From positions 60,001 to 92,000 of the forward strand of contig NZ_LGHJ01000011.1 in NCBI RefSeq assembly GCF_001306055.1: a stretch of 32,000 nucleotides of DNA, read 5' to 3'. Shown here in pieces: positions 1 through 6,572 of this stretch. Source of the DNA: Bellilinea caldifistulae (GTDB taxonomy: Bacteria > Chloroflexota > Anaerolineae > Anaerolineales > Anaerolineaceae). The notes below the pieces were generated by a model. The model had not been told where the DNA came from. It made no database searches and was given only the letters and a program-made list of their open reading frames with translations. Position numbers and translations under genes: made by a program. Position 1 is the first letter of the stretch. Each line of letters begins with the position of its first letter.

Positions 1-128
1 CAGTGCGCCGGTGCGTACAACACTTCACCGCTGGACTTCCAGTCGTCCAGACATCGCTCCGCCTGAACCGAGTAATCTTGAGTCAGCAGGACATTGACCA
101 CAACGCTGGCATCTACGACAATCCCCAT
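1..128 (-). CDS. vapC: PIN-domain toxin (VapC-like), N-terminal part only; continues past the window start
   Basis: ATG at 128 overlaps the upstream antitoxin ORF by 16 nt. Translation is MGIVVDASVVVNVLLTQDYSVQAERCLDDWKSSGEVLYAPA, with the N-terminal VVDASV acidic signature typical of PIN nucleases. Too short or truncated to appear in the ORF track. Confidence 0.55.
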   Translation of the reverse strand, partial: MGIVVDASVVVNVLLTQDYSVQAERCLDDWKSSGEVLYAPAH

Positions 129-406
129 TTCTCCTCCTGCTCCCGCTCGTATTCCTCACGCACATCCCGCAGAATGTCACCCTCATACACGCCATATTGA
201 GCAGCAGTGCGTTCGCGAATTTCCCGCAACTTTGCCAGCGTGCGGCGGAATTGTTCACTCTCCGCCCGGCGCTGTTCTTCCAGATAGCGGCGCACCAATT
301 CCCGCAGGATTTCAGACACGCTCTTGCCCTGTTCCTGAGCAATCTCGTGCAGTTCCAACTGGTCACTTTTGTCCAACATCACTTGCACTCGAATCAGTTC
401 GGCCAT
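113..406 (-). CDS. vapB: Ribbon-helix-helix (CopG/VapB-like) antitoxin
   Basis: Start taken at the internal ATG 406 (MAELIRVQVMLDKSDQLELHEIAQEQGKSVSEILRELVRRYL), which reads as beta strand, helix, G-x-S turn, helix. It sits directly upstream of and overlaps the PIN ORF. GAGGTG RBS before 406. Confidence 0.6.
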   Translation of the reverse strand: MAELIRVQVMLDKSDQLELHEIAQEQGKSVSEILRELVRRYLEEQRRAESEQFRRTLAKLREIRERTAAQYGVYEGDILRDVREEYEREQEEKWGLS

Positions 407-416
407 CTCACACCTC

Positions 417-440
417 GTTGTGTATAGAGTATTACACAAC
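417..440 (-). promoter_or_regulatory. Palindromic operator candidate upstream of vapB
   Basis: GTTGTGTA (417-424), 8 nt, TACACAAC (433-440): a perfect 8-bp inverted repeat immediately upstream of the vapB RBS. TA operons are classically autoregulated through such palindromes. Confidence 0.45.
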
Positions 441-1157
441 AAGGATTTTGTCAAGCCCCTGCCCGCGGTTCCAGCGTTCCAGCCACAGGTCGCTGTCCGG
501 CTGCTTTGCCAGCGTGGTCAGTTCGGTGGCCACCCCCGCAAAGCGGGGTTTGAGATAGCGCAGGATACCCTGCATCCGTTTGGGTGTCAGGGTGCATACT
601 GCCACCCGCCGCTGGAAGTTGTACTGATTGATCCACTTCCGCACCCATGTGTTATCCGCCCCGTCCCTGCGTTTGCGGGGATGGCGCAGGGTCTCCACCT
701 CGACATAAATCCGCTCGCCGTCCTTCTCGACCAGCACATCCGGCTCTACCAGCGGATTGTCCACCGCTGGACAGACTTCCACCCGCCAGCCCCGCCTGCG
801 GGCGTGGTAGGCAAACAGCAGGATGGCAAAAGCATGATTGGCGTGTTCTTCGGCGTTGTGTTTTTGGGTAAGAATGTCCCACTCTGACCGGCGGATGGGA
901 CAACCCAGTTCTGCGGCAAACACCACACCGCTGTCGGTCAGGCGCAGGATAGCGTATTTTGTTTGACCGCTTCTGAAAAATAGCCGTTCCGCCAAATTCT
1001 GCTCAACCAGCAAGTCGAACAACCGCTTTGCCGAACCACCGTAGATACCCAATCGCTGCTCGACCTCTACTTGCAAACAAACCCCCTCTGCCAAGATTTG
1101 CACGGCGGTTTCCATCCGCCGCCATAATTCAATCCGAATCGCCCTTACCCGTTCCAT
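432..1157 (-). CDS. Hypothetical protein; N-terminal winged-helix-like region plus possible PD-(D/E)XK-type nuclease core
   Basis: ORF 432..1202, trimmed to ATG 1157 because 1185-1253 is a 19-bp-arm hairpin. The segment VEPDVLVEKDGERIYVEVE resembles a PD...ExE/K restriction-endonuclease-fold motif, but the match is weak. Confidence 0.5.
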   Translation of the reverse strand: MERVRAIRIELWRRMETAVQILAEGVCLQVEVEQRLGIYGGSAKRLFDLLVEQNLAERLFFRSGQTKYAILRLTDSGVVFAAELGCPIRRSEWDILTQKHNAEEHANHAFAILLFAYHARRRGWRVEVCPAVDNPLVEPDVLVEKDGERIYVEVETLRHPRKRRDGADNTWVRKWINQYNFQRRVAVCTLTPKRMQGILRYLKPRFAGVATELTTLAKQPDSDLWLERWNRGQGLDKILVV

Positions 1158-1184
1158 AAGCACATTTTGACCATGAATTTTACA

Positions 1185-1253
1185 AAATCTTATCCGTACC
1201 ATTCATGTGGCACCCCCCTATATTTTTCTGGCACAATGGTACGGATAAGATTT
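1185..1253 (-). terminator. Long perfect hairpin (19-bp arms) followed by a U-rich tract on the minus strand; terminator or attenuator
   Basis: AAATCTTATCCGTACCATT (1185-1203) and AATGGTACGGATAAGATTT (1235-1253) are perfect reverse complements with a 31-nt spacer. On the minus strand the hairpin is followed by TTTTGTAAAATT. Confidence 0.5.
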
Positions 1254-1270
1254 CCCCGCCGCACCCGTCC

Positions 1271-1501
1271 TCACCTCGCCGAAAAACGGTATCCGCGCCG
1301 AATCTTGCGCCGGGCAATCCGCTCCGCCAGTCGGCGGGCGTGGGTCTCGTCCTCGCACGGGATACAGCGCCAGCGTTCATAGCCCGAACGCAGGCTACCC
1401 CACCCGCACACCACCGCCCAAGCATCCAAGAGGGTCGCCTGAACCCCCACCACATACCAGCGGTGGATATTCCGTTCAGGGTCATTGCGGATGAGGCGCA
1501 T
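1271..1501 (-). CDS. WGR-domain protein (small, single domain)
   Basis: MRLIRNDPERNIHRWYVVGVQATLLDAWAVVCGWGSLRSGYERWR...RKIRRGY matches the WGR pattern: xRFY, hydrophobic strand, LFG/W, WGRIG-like (here WGSL), C-terminal K/RRxGY. Confidence 0.65.
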   Translation of the reverse strand: MRLIRNDPERNIHRWYVVGVQATLLDAWAVVCGWGSLRSGYERWRCIPCEDETHARRLAERIARRKIRRGYRFSAR

Positions 1502-1515
1502 CAGGGCATTTTACC

Positions 1516-1980
1516 TCACGGCTCGTACTTGCGAATCTCGGCATCGAACAGCAGGTAAGTCAGGATTTGCAGGTCGAGGTACAGCAGAAAGCCGGGGTCA
1601 TCATCCGCCTCCGAACCATCCGGCAGCAGTTCCACCGCCACCCCCTCTTGATTATCACCCCGCAGGTAGAGAATGTCGGTCACCCGCCAGTCCAGCACGC
1701 TCTCGTTGACCTCACCCTGCGAGTTGCCGGTGACTACATCCACCGCCCGCTTGACCGGCAGCAGGAAGCCGTTGTCCAGAATCACCGCCGGAAGGTCGTA
1801 CTCGCCCTGACCCCGCAGGATGACATCCCGCACCATCCGCTCGGCAGCGTTCTCGTTCAGCCAGTCCAGCAGGCAGACCGGCTTTGCCTCAGCCACCACC
1901 CGCATGACGATACAGCCATGCTCCGGGCAGCGCTCGAACTCGTCCAGATTGTAGTCATGCTTGCGAAAGGCAAAACTCAT
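1516..1980 (-). CDS. Hypothetical protein
   Basis: ORF 1516..2019 trimmed to ATG 1980, which forms an ATGA overlap with the stop of the upstream gene (translational coupling). No recognisable motif. Confidence 0.55.
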   Translation of the reverse strand: MSFAFRKHDYNLDEFERCPEHGCIVMRVVAEAKPVCLLDWLNENAAERMVRDVILRGQGEYDLPAVILDNGFLLPVKRAVDVVTGNSQGEVNESVLDWRVTDILYLRGDNQEGVAVELLPDGSEADDDPGFLLYLDLQILTYLLFDAEIRKYEP

Positions 1981-2504
1981 CCTAGCCGCCTCTTTCGCTT
2001 TTCCAGTTCCCGTTTGCACTTTTTGACCAACTGATAGACCTTCATCAGGTTCAGACTAGCGTCCCCGAAAGCTATTTTCAGCAGCCGCCTTGACCAGCCC
2101 TTTTCTTTGCGTTCGGCCTGCTCAACCACCCAAACGGCCGGGTCGGGGATGTCGTACAATACCCGCAGCCGCCACCACCACGCCGAACTGTCAAACTCAT
2201 ACCGCTGCTCCGCCGTACGCAGGTTTTCCATGACCGCATTCTGGACATCGAAGCGGTCGAAATCGTATCCCCCCGGCGGCACCAGCGGCAGCAGGGCATC
2301 CCACACCAGCCGTCCGCCCCTCACACCGCCCGGCATGGTCAAGAGCCGGGCAATCATGCCTTTGCACACCTCCGGCGGCAGCACCTGCTCACGGATGACC
2401 TTCGCCCGATAGTGCATCGCCAGGGCATCATAGCGGCGCAGGGTATCATAACGGCTCATCCGCACCAGTTCCTCTCCGTCCCACGTTTCACCATCGGCAG
2501 TCAT
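1977..2504 (-). CDS. Hypothetical protein
   Basis: ORF 1977..2516 trimmed to ATG 2504, preceded by GGGAGGG. No recognisable motif. Confidence 0.55.
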   Translation of the reverse strand: MTADGETWDGEELVRMSRYDTLRRYDALAMHYRAKVIREQVLPPEVCKGMIARLLTMPGGVRGGRLVWDALLPLVPPGGYDFDRFDVQNAVMENLRTAEQRYEFDSSAWWWRLRVLYDIPDPAVWVVEQAERKEKGWSRRLLKIAFGDASLNLMKVYQLVKKCKRELEKRKRRLG

Positions 2505-2544
2505 TTTCCCTCCCAAGAAATTTGAATTTGACCCGCCATGAAAA

Positions 2545-2850
2545 TCACAGCACCTCGACTTTCAACACTTCCAGATCGTCAGGGCTTGCCTCGACTTCCA
2601 CCTCTCCTGGCGCAATGCCCGGCTTCAAGCGCACCACCAGATAGACATCACCGGGTTTTGGCTCGTAAAATCCTGCTATTGGTGGAACACCAAATAACCT
2701 TGTCGTACCACGATGCCGAATGTAATGCGGCACACCCTGCTTTATCGCCCACAGCACCTGACCCCAATCGCTGCGGTTGATGAGCAGACTGGCCGGGTAG
2801 TCCACCGGCGGGATGAGTGTGTTCACAATCGCCCGATAAATCATGTCCAT
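2545..2850 (-). CDS. Hypothetical protein, possibly DUF1874 (STIV B116)-like
   Basis: ATG 2850 is preceded by GGAGGTG. The pattern N-T-L-I-P...IRHRGTTRLFG...KPGDVYLVVRL...PGE loosely resembles B116-family proteins. This is recall only and not verified. Confidence 0.5.
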   Translation of the reverse strand: MDMIYRAIVNTLIPPVDYPASLLINRSDWGQVLWAIKQGVPHYIRHRGTTRLFGVPPIAGFYEPKPGDVYLVVRLKPGIAPGEVEVEASPDDLEVLKVEVL

Positions 2851-2874
2851 CCTGCACCTCCGCAAAAATTCAAC

Positions 2875-3038
2875 GGGCGGTTACGCCCGCACCAGGCACA
2901 CTTGCGCCGGAGCGCCCCCGAACGCAGGCGGCTACGCCAAGAGCGCAGACGCCGCTAGGCGTCAAGCGGTGACGGGGCGCAAGGCGCACTGTGCCGTAAG
3001 CCAGGCCGTTAGGCCGCCCCCGCTGGTCGCTAGACCAG
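2875..3038 (+). repeat. Cluster of short GC hairpins, all with G(C/T)TA loops in the same orientation
   Basis: GGGCG-GTTA-CGCCC (2875-2888); GGCG-GCTA-CGCC (2927-2938); GACGCC-GCTA-GGCGTC (2948-2963); GGCC-GTTA-GGCC (3004-3015); CTGGTC-GCTA-GACCAG (3023-3038); plus GCGC-CGGA-GCGC (2904-2915). They lie in a 179-bp intergenic gap. Confidence 0.6.
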
Positions 3039-3461
3039 CCCGCCGTCCACCACCACATCCGCCAGCATCTCCCGCAAACTCACCTGCCAGCCGTTCACCG
3101 CCACCCGCTCCGGCAGTACCCCTTCGGCTTTGCGTAACTGCTTGATGACGTTGACCGCCTGCTCCCGCAACAGCGGCGGAACATGAAAGACCACCTCACG
3201 GGCAACCACATGCGCCCGCTCATCCGCAGACCACAGCCAGCCGTGGACGGTGGCGTGCAGGGCTTCACGGTGCGCCCGCCCGGTGAGGACGAAGCCCAGC
3301 GTTTCCAGTGCCAGGTCGTTCTCGCATACCACCCGGTGACTGCCGCCCAGCACCGACAAATCGGTGGTCAGGACGGCTTCGACTGCCAAGACGCCCCGGA
3401 TGGCGTACACCCGCCTCAGGCTCATCTGCCCGTCCAGAATCACCTGATTGTACCGTTTCAT
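3030..3461 (-). CDS. Hypothetical protein
   Basis: 143-aa ORF with a GGGAGG RBS 6 nt upstream of ATG 3461. No recognisable motif. Confidence 0.55.
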   Translation of the reverse strand: MKRYNQVILDGQMSLRRVYAIRGVLAVEAVLTTDLSVLGGSHRVVCENDLALETLGFVLTGRAHREALHATVHGWLWSADERAHVVAREVVFHVPPLLREQAVNVIKQLRKAEGVLPERVAVNGWQVSLREMLADVVVDGGLV

Positions 3462-3476
3462 GCAACCTCCCAGTTT

Positions 3477-3878
3477 TCAAGATTTTAGCGCCTTTTCAAC
3501 CATCACCCGCCGAAATTCCAACCGCTTCCCGCCAAAGCCTAACAACAAGCCCATCGCCTCGCCCTGATACACCCGCAGGTAACGCCGCAACTGGTCGAAG
3601 TCGGCCTGCTCGAACCGCTCCGCTGTCTTGCACTCCACCAGCACCGCCACAGGGCCTTTCCGCAATACCAAGTCCGGTATCACCTCACCAACCACCTGCC
3701 CGTTGTACTGCACTTTCAGGCGCGGCTGGTACTGCACCGTCTCCCCGTTTGACCGCAGCTCGTGCAGCAAGGCCCGATGATAGACCATCTCGGCATGTCC
3801 CGGCCCCAACTCCCGCTGCACCCGCCGGGCATGGCGGATGATCTTTCCCACCATCGGCAGAAACTTATCGGCAACCAT
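3477..3878 (-). CDS. GxxExxY-family protein (PD-(D/E)XK nuclease superfamily)
   Basis: Trimmed to ATG 3878 (RGGAGAGG RBS). GPGHAEMVYHRALLHELR contains G-x-x-E-x-x-Y. It is followed by ...IPDLVL...VLVECKT...LLLGFG, the typical layout of this family. Confidence 0.7.
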   Translation of the reverse strand: MVADKFLPMVGKIIRHARRVQRELGPGHAEMVYHRALLHELRSNGETVQYQPRLKVQYNGQVVGEVIPDLVLRKGPVAVLVECKTAERFEQADFDQLRRYLRVYQGEAMGLLLGFGGKRLEFRRVMVEKALKS

Positions 3879-4110
3879 GACGCCTCTCCCACAAAACCCG
3901 CTCCAACGCCATGACCACAATCTGCCGTGCCAGACTGCGTCCCGCATCCACCGCCGCGCTCACTGCCGTCTGTAAGTCCTTCGCCAGCGGATTGCTCTCG
4001 TCCAGCAGGGCTGATTCCAGGTCGGCCAGCGGTATCTCCTGCACCAACTCCGCCACCAGTTCACCGCCAAACTGCTCTTGCAGCTGCCTAATGCTCGATG
4101 AGGTCGGCAT
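3865..4110 (-). CDS. Hypothetical small acidic protein
   Basis: 81-aa ORF bridging the two neighbouring genes with short overlaps at both ends. No motif. Confidence 0.4.
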   Translation of the reverse strand: MPTSSSIRQLQEQFGGELVAELVQEIPLADLESALLDESNPLAKDLQTAVSAAVDAGRSLARQIVVMALERVLWERRHGCR

Positions 4111-4861
4111 ACGGCCCTTCCAGGTAACGGCGGCGGGATTGGCTGCTGTCCGGGTCTAACTCTGGAGGGTACTCGCCAGCGTTCCGCAGAACCGTGCGCA
4201 GCAGTGCCCCGTTCCAGCCCTGCTTCCCGGCATACCATAACCATTGTCTCACCCGCTCCGGGTCTGCCTGCCAGGCCGTCTCGACATCTGCCAGTGACCC
4301 GCGCCAACCCAACCGCTTCAAGGTGTCTTTGATTTCAGCGGGCAAATTCCCGTTTTTACGCAATTTTTCAGTGAAAGATTTTTCACCTGCAAAGTTTGCA
4401 GGTGAAACGTCATTTTGCTGCTGTTTACTGTTAATTGATTCAGCAGCAGTATACTGACGGTTAATTAATACATTTAATGCAGTGAAAGATTTTTCAGGTG
4501 AAAAGTTTGCAGGGGGTGCAAAGTTTGCAGGTGAAAGCGAGATTCCCAGAGCAGACAAACGTCTCTCACTCTCAGCGATTTCTTGTTCGCTCATCCCAAC
4601 AATCACCTGGTAAATGGTTGTCTCAGAGCTCTTTCCACCCCGCCCACGGTTGATAACCCGTATCTCCCCGCTCTCTTCCAGTCTGCGCAGCAGGTAATAC
4701 ACATTCCGCTCACTGGAGCGAATCTTCCTCGCCATCGCCTCATGTCCGGGGTAGCAAAAGCCCCAATCATCTGCCCAATCCGCCAGCGCCATCAACAGCA
4801 ACAATGTTGATCCGCCATGCTGACTGTATTTCCACGCCCTTGTAATAACCTCAATGCTCAC
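4088..4861 (-). CDS. HTH-domain replication-initiator-like protein (phage O / plasmid Rep-like N-terminus)
   Basis: GTG start after GGAGGTG. N-terminal ...LLLLMALADWADDWGFCYPGHEAMARKIRSSERNVYYLLRRLEESGEIRV is the wHTH typical of HTH_36/DnaD-like initiators. The central linker carries PANF/EKSFT repeats encoded by DNA iterons. Confidence 0.6.
   Translation of the reverse strand: MSIEVITRAWKYSQHGGSTLLLLMALADWADDWGFCYPGHEAMARKIRSSERNVYYLLRRLEESGEIRVINRGRGGKSSETTIYQVIVGMSEQEIAESERRLSALGISLSPANFAPPANFSPEKSFTALNVLINRQYTAAESINSKQQQNDVSPANFAGEKSFTEKLRKNGNLPAEIKDTLKRLGWRGSLADVETAWQADPERVRQWLWYAGKQGWNGALLRTVLRNAGEYPPELDPDSSQSRRRYLEGPYADLIEH
4371..4537. repeat. Candidate replication origin inside the initiator gene: iterons flanking an AT-rich spacer
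   Basis: 27-bp perfect palindrome TTTCACCTGCAAA-G-TTTGCAGGTGAAA (4381-4407). AAGTTTGCAGG occurs three times (4392, 4503, 4521). GTGAAAGATTTTTCA occurs twice (4371, 4482). The AT-rich 4408-4481 contains its own inverted repeat (CGTCA..GCTGCTG / CAGCAGC..TGACG). Confidence 0.55.
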
Positions 4862-4998
4862 TTTTCACCTCCGGGAATTGGATTTCAGTTATTTTCGTAA
4901 CAATCGAAATTTTCCGTTCAAAAGGCTTTTTTTATCATAGGGATACTGACATAGCCACTAGTGAAAAACAAAGGGCTTGCAGGGCTTCCAGAGAGGAC

Positions 4999-5079
4999 AA
5001 CGTCAGCGTCGCTGTCAGCGTCAAAGTCAGCGGAACGTAAGCGGGAGGTCAGCGGAACGTCAGCAATACCGCTGACGTT
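4999..5079. repeat. GTCAGCG heptad array (candidate partition centromere)
   Basis: GTCAGCG at 5002, 5014, 5026 and 5048; GTCAGCA at 5059; inverted CGCTGAC at 5070. Spacing is 11-12 bp (one 22). Located immediately downstream of the ParA / RHH cassette. Confidence 0.5.
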
Positions 5080-5126
5080 GATTTTTGGGCTCTCAAAAAA
5101 CATCATAATTTCCTCGACCATGATTG

Positions 5127-5795
5127 CTACCTTTCCTCCCATCGTGCCTGTGCATCCTGTTTTGGGTAAGGTGTCAGCCGCAGTACACCCTCTTCATAAC
5201 GATTTGCGCTGTGTTTGAGCAGCAGCCCAACCAGTTCCCCAACAGGAACATTGTGCCTGTCGGCTTTCTCTTTCAGCCGCTTGACCAGCTCATCGGGCAA
5301 GCGGTAAGCCACACGGGAAGCCCATAACCGCGGCTCTTCCCTTTCTCGCTTACGCTTGCTTTTGCTCGGACTGACTGCCTTTGGAACAGGATTCCACCCT
5401 TCTTCAACCCAACCGTTCTGTTTCGTCCAGCCACTATCAAGCGGGTAAAGCGTCATACGTGTCCCTTTGACTTTGGGTTGAATCGTCAGGGTTTCCCGCT
5501 CCATGCAAAAGAGACCATACTCCAGAAATGCCCTTGCCACCTCATCCGCCGTCACGCCCACCTGATCGGCAATCGCTACCACTCTTGCGCTTACTTCCTC
5601 AGGCACACTCCGAAAGGTCTTAGCACGATGTGCCTTTTCCCAAGTGCGATTACGCGGCTTCTTGGGACCTTTCATCAGATCCACCACGCTGATCTGCGGC
5701 AATGCCAAAGGTACAGTCCTCCCTGTGTTAGTCTGTTCTTCTTCCTGGCTTTTGCCAGCCCAGAATGTCCTACGCTCTGCCATTCTTTTACTCAC
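5127..5795 (-). CDS. Protein with two ribbon-helix-helix-like segments (candidate centromere-binding ParG/omega-type adaptor)
   Basis: KTFRSVPEEVSARVVAIADQVGVTADEVARAFLEYGL and RVAYRLPDELVKRLKEKADRHNVPVGELVGLLLKH both fit the strand, helix, G/N-turn, helix pattern. Sits directly after parA. Start is GTG 5795 or ATG 5783. Confidence 0.55.
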   Translation of the reverse strand: MSKRMAERRTFWAGKSQEEEQTNTGRTVPLALPQISVVDLMKGPKKPRNRTWEKAHRAKTFRSVPEEVSARVVAIADQVGVTADEVARAFLEYGLFCMERETLTIQPKVKGTRMTLYPLDSGWTKQNGWVEEGWNPVPKAVSPSKSKRKREREEPRLWASRVAYRLPDELVKRLKEKADRHNVPVGELVGLLLKHSANRYEEGVLRLTPYPKQDAQARWEER

Positions 5796-6572
5796 TTACC
5801 ACTTCAACACTTGATCCACTAAACACGCATATTCCTGTGCGGCTCGGCTTGTTGGGGCTTTTTCAAAAACAGTTTGTCCTTCGGCAATACATTCCCGAAA
5901 TACCGTTGCTCGGTGGATCGGCGGTAATACCGTTTCACTAAATCCTGCTTTCAGGTCTTCCTCAATTTTTTTCGTCTCCCGCGTTACATCATCGTAAAAC
6001 GTGGGCAGTATTCCACCCAGTGACCCCCGCCAGCCTTTGTTTTCTTTCAAATTCCGCATGATACCTACGGTCTTGTTCAGTCCTTCCAGCGAGCCAAATT
6101 CCATCGCCACCGGTACAATCACAAAGTCGGATGCCCAAATCGCTCGCTCTTGCAACCCGCCCAATGATGGACTGGTGTCCATCACAATGTAATCTAAACC
6201 ATTACGCATGAAAACATGAATCGCATCTCGTATGTACGACACCGGCTTATCTAATGCAGATAGGGAGTTCTGAGCTACAGCAGTCTCCTGACTACCCGGT
6301 ATGATCCACAAATTCGCTCGACCCGTCCCCCTCACTTGTTGACGGAGGAGAATTAACTCATTTTTCTCTAGTGGTTTAATCGACGACATCAATAAGAAAA
6401 AGATACCCGGTTCTTGCTTCAACCCTAGATAACTGGCACTTTGACCCTGTGGGTCAAAATCCAAAATTAATACTTCTTTTCGCCGCAGCGCCAAGCCGTG
6501 AGCCAGACTGAGGACAGTGGTGGTCTTTCCCGCCCCCCCTTTTTGATTCGCAATCGTGATGACTTTTGTCAT
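5796..6572 (-). CDS. parA: ParA/Soj-family partition ATPase
   Basis: MTKVITIANQKGGAGKTTT (deviant Walker A KGGxGKT), LILDFDPQG (A'), IVMDTSPS (Walker B). Confidence 0.85.
   Translation of the reverse strand: MTKVITIANQKGGAGKTTTVLSLAHGLALRRKEVLILDFDPQGQSASYLGLKQEPGIFFLLMSSIKPLEKNELILLRQQVRGTGRANLWIIPGSQETAVAQNSLSALDKPVSYIRDAIHVFMRNGLDYIVMDTSPSLGGLQERAIWASDFVIVPVAMEFGSLEGLNKTVGIMRNLKENKGWRGSLGGILPTFYDDVTRETKKIEEDLKAGFSETVLPPIHRATVFRECIAEGQTVFEKAPTSRAAQEYACLVDQVLKW

Noticed and set aside
4918-5142. 74-aa ORF between the RHH gene and the initiator gene
   Set aside because: Its sequence (…DFDADSDADVV…) is the translation of the GTCAGCG heptad array. No RBS is present. It is more plausibly a non-coding centromere/promoter region, though a small protein cannot be excluded.
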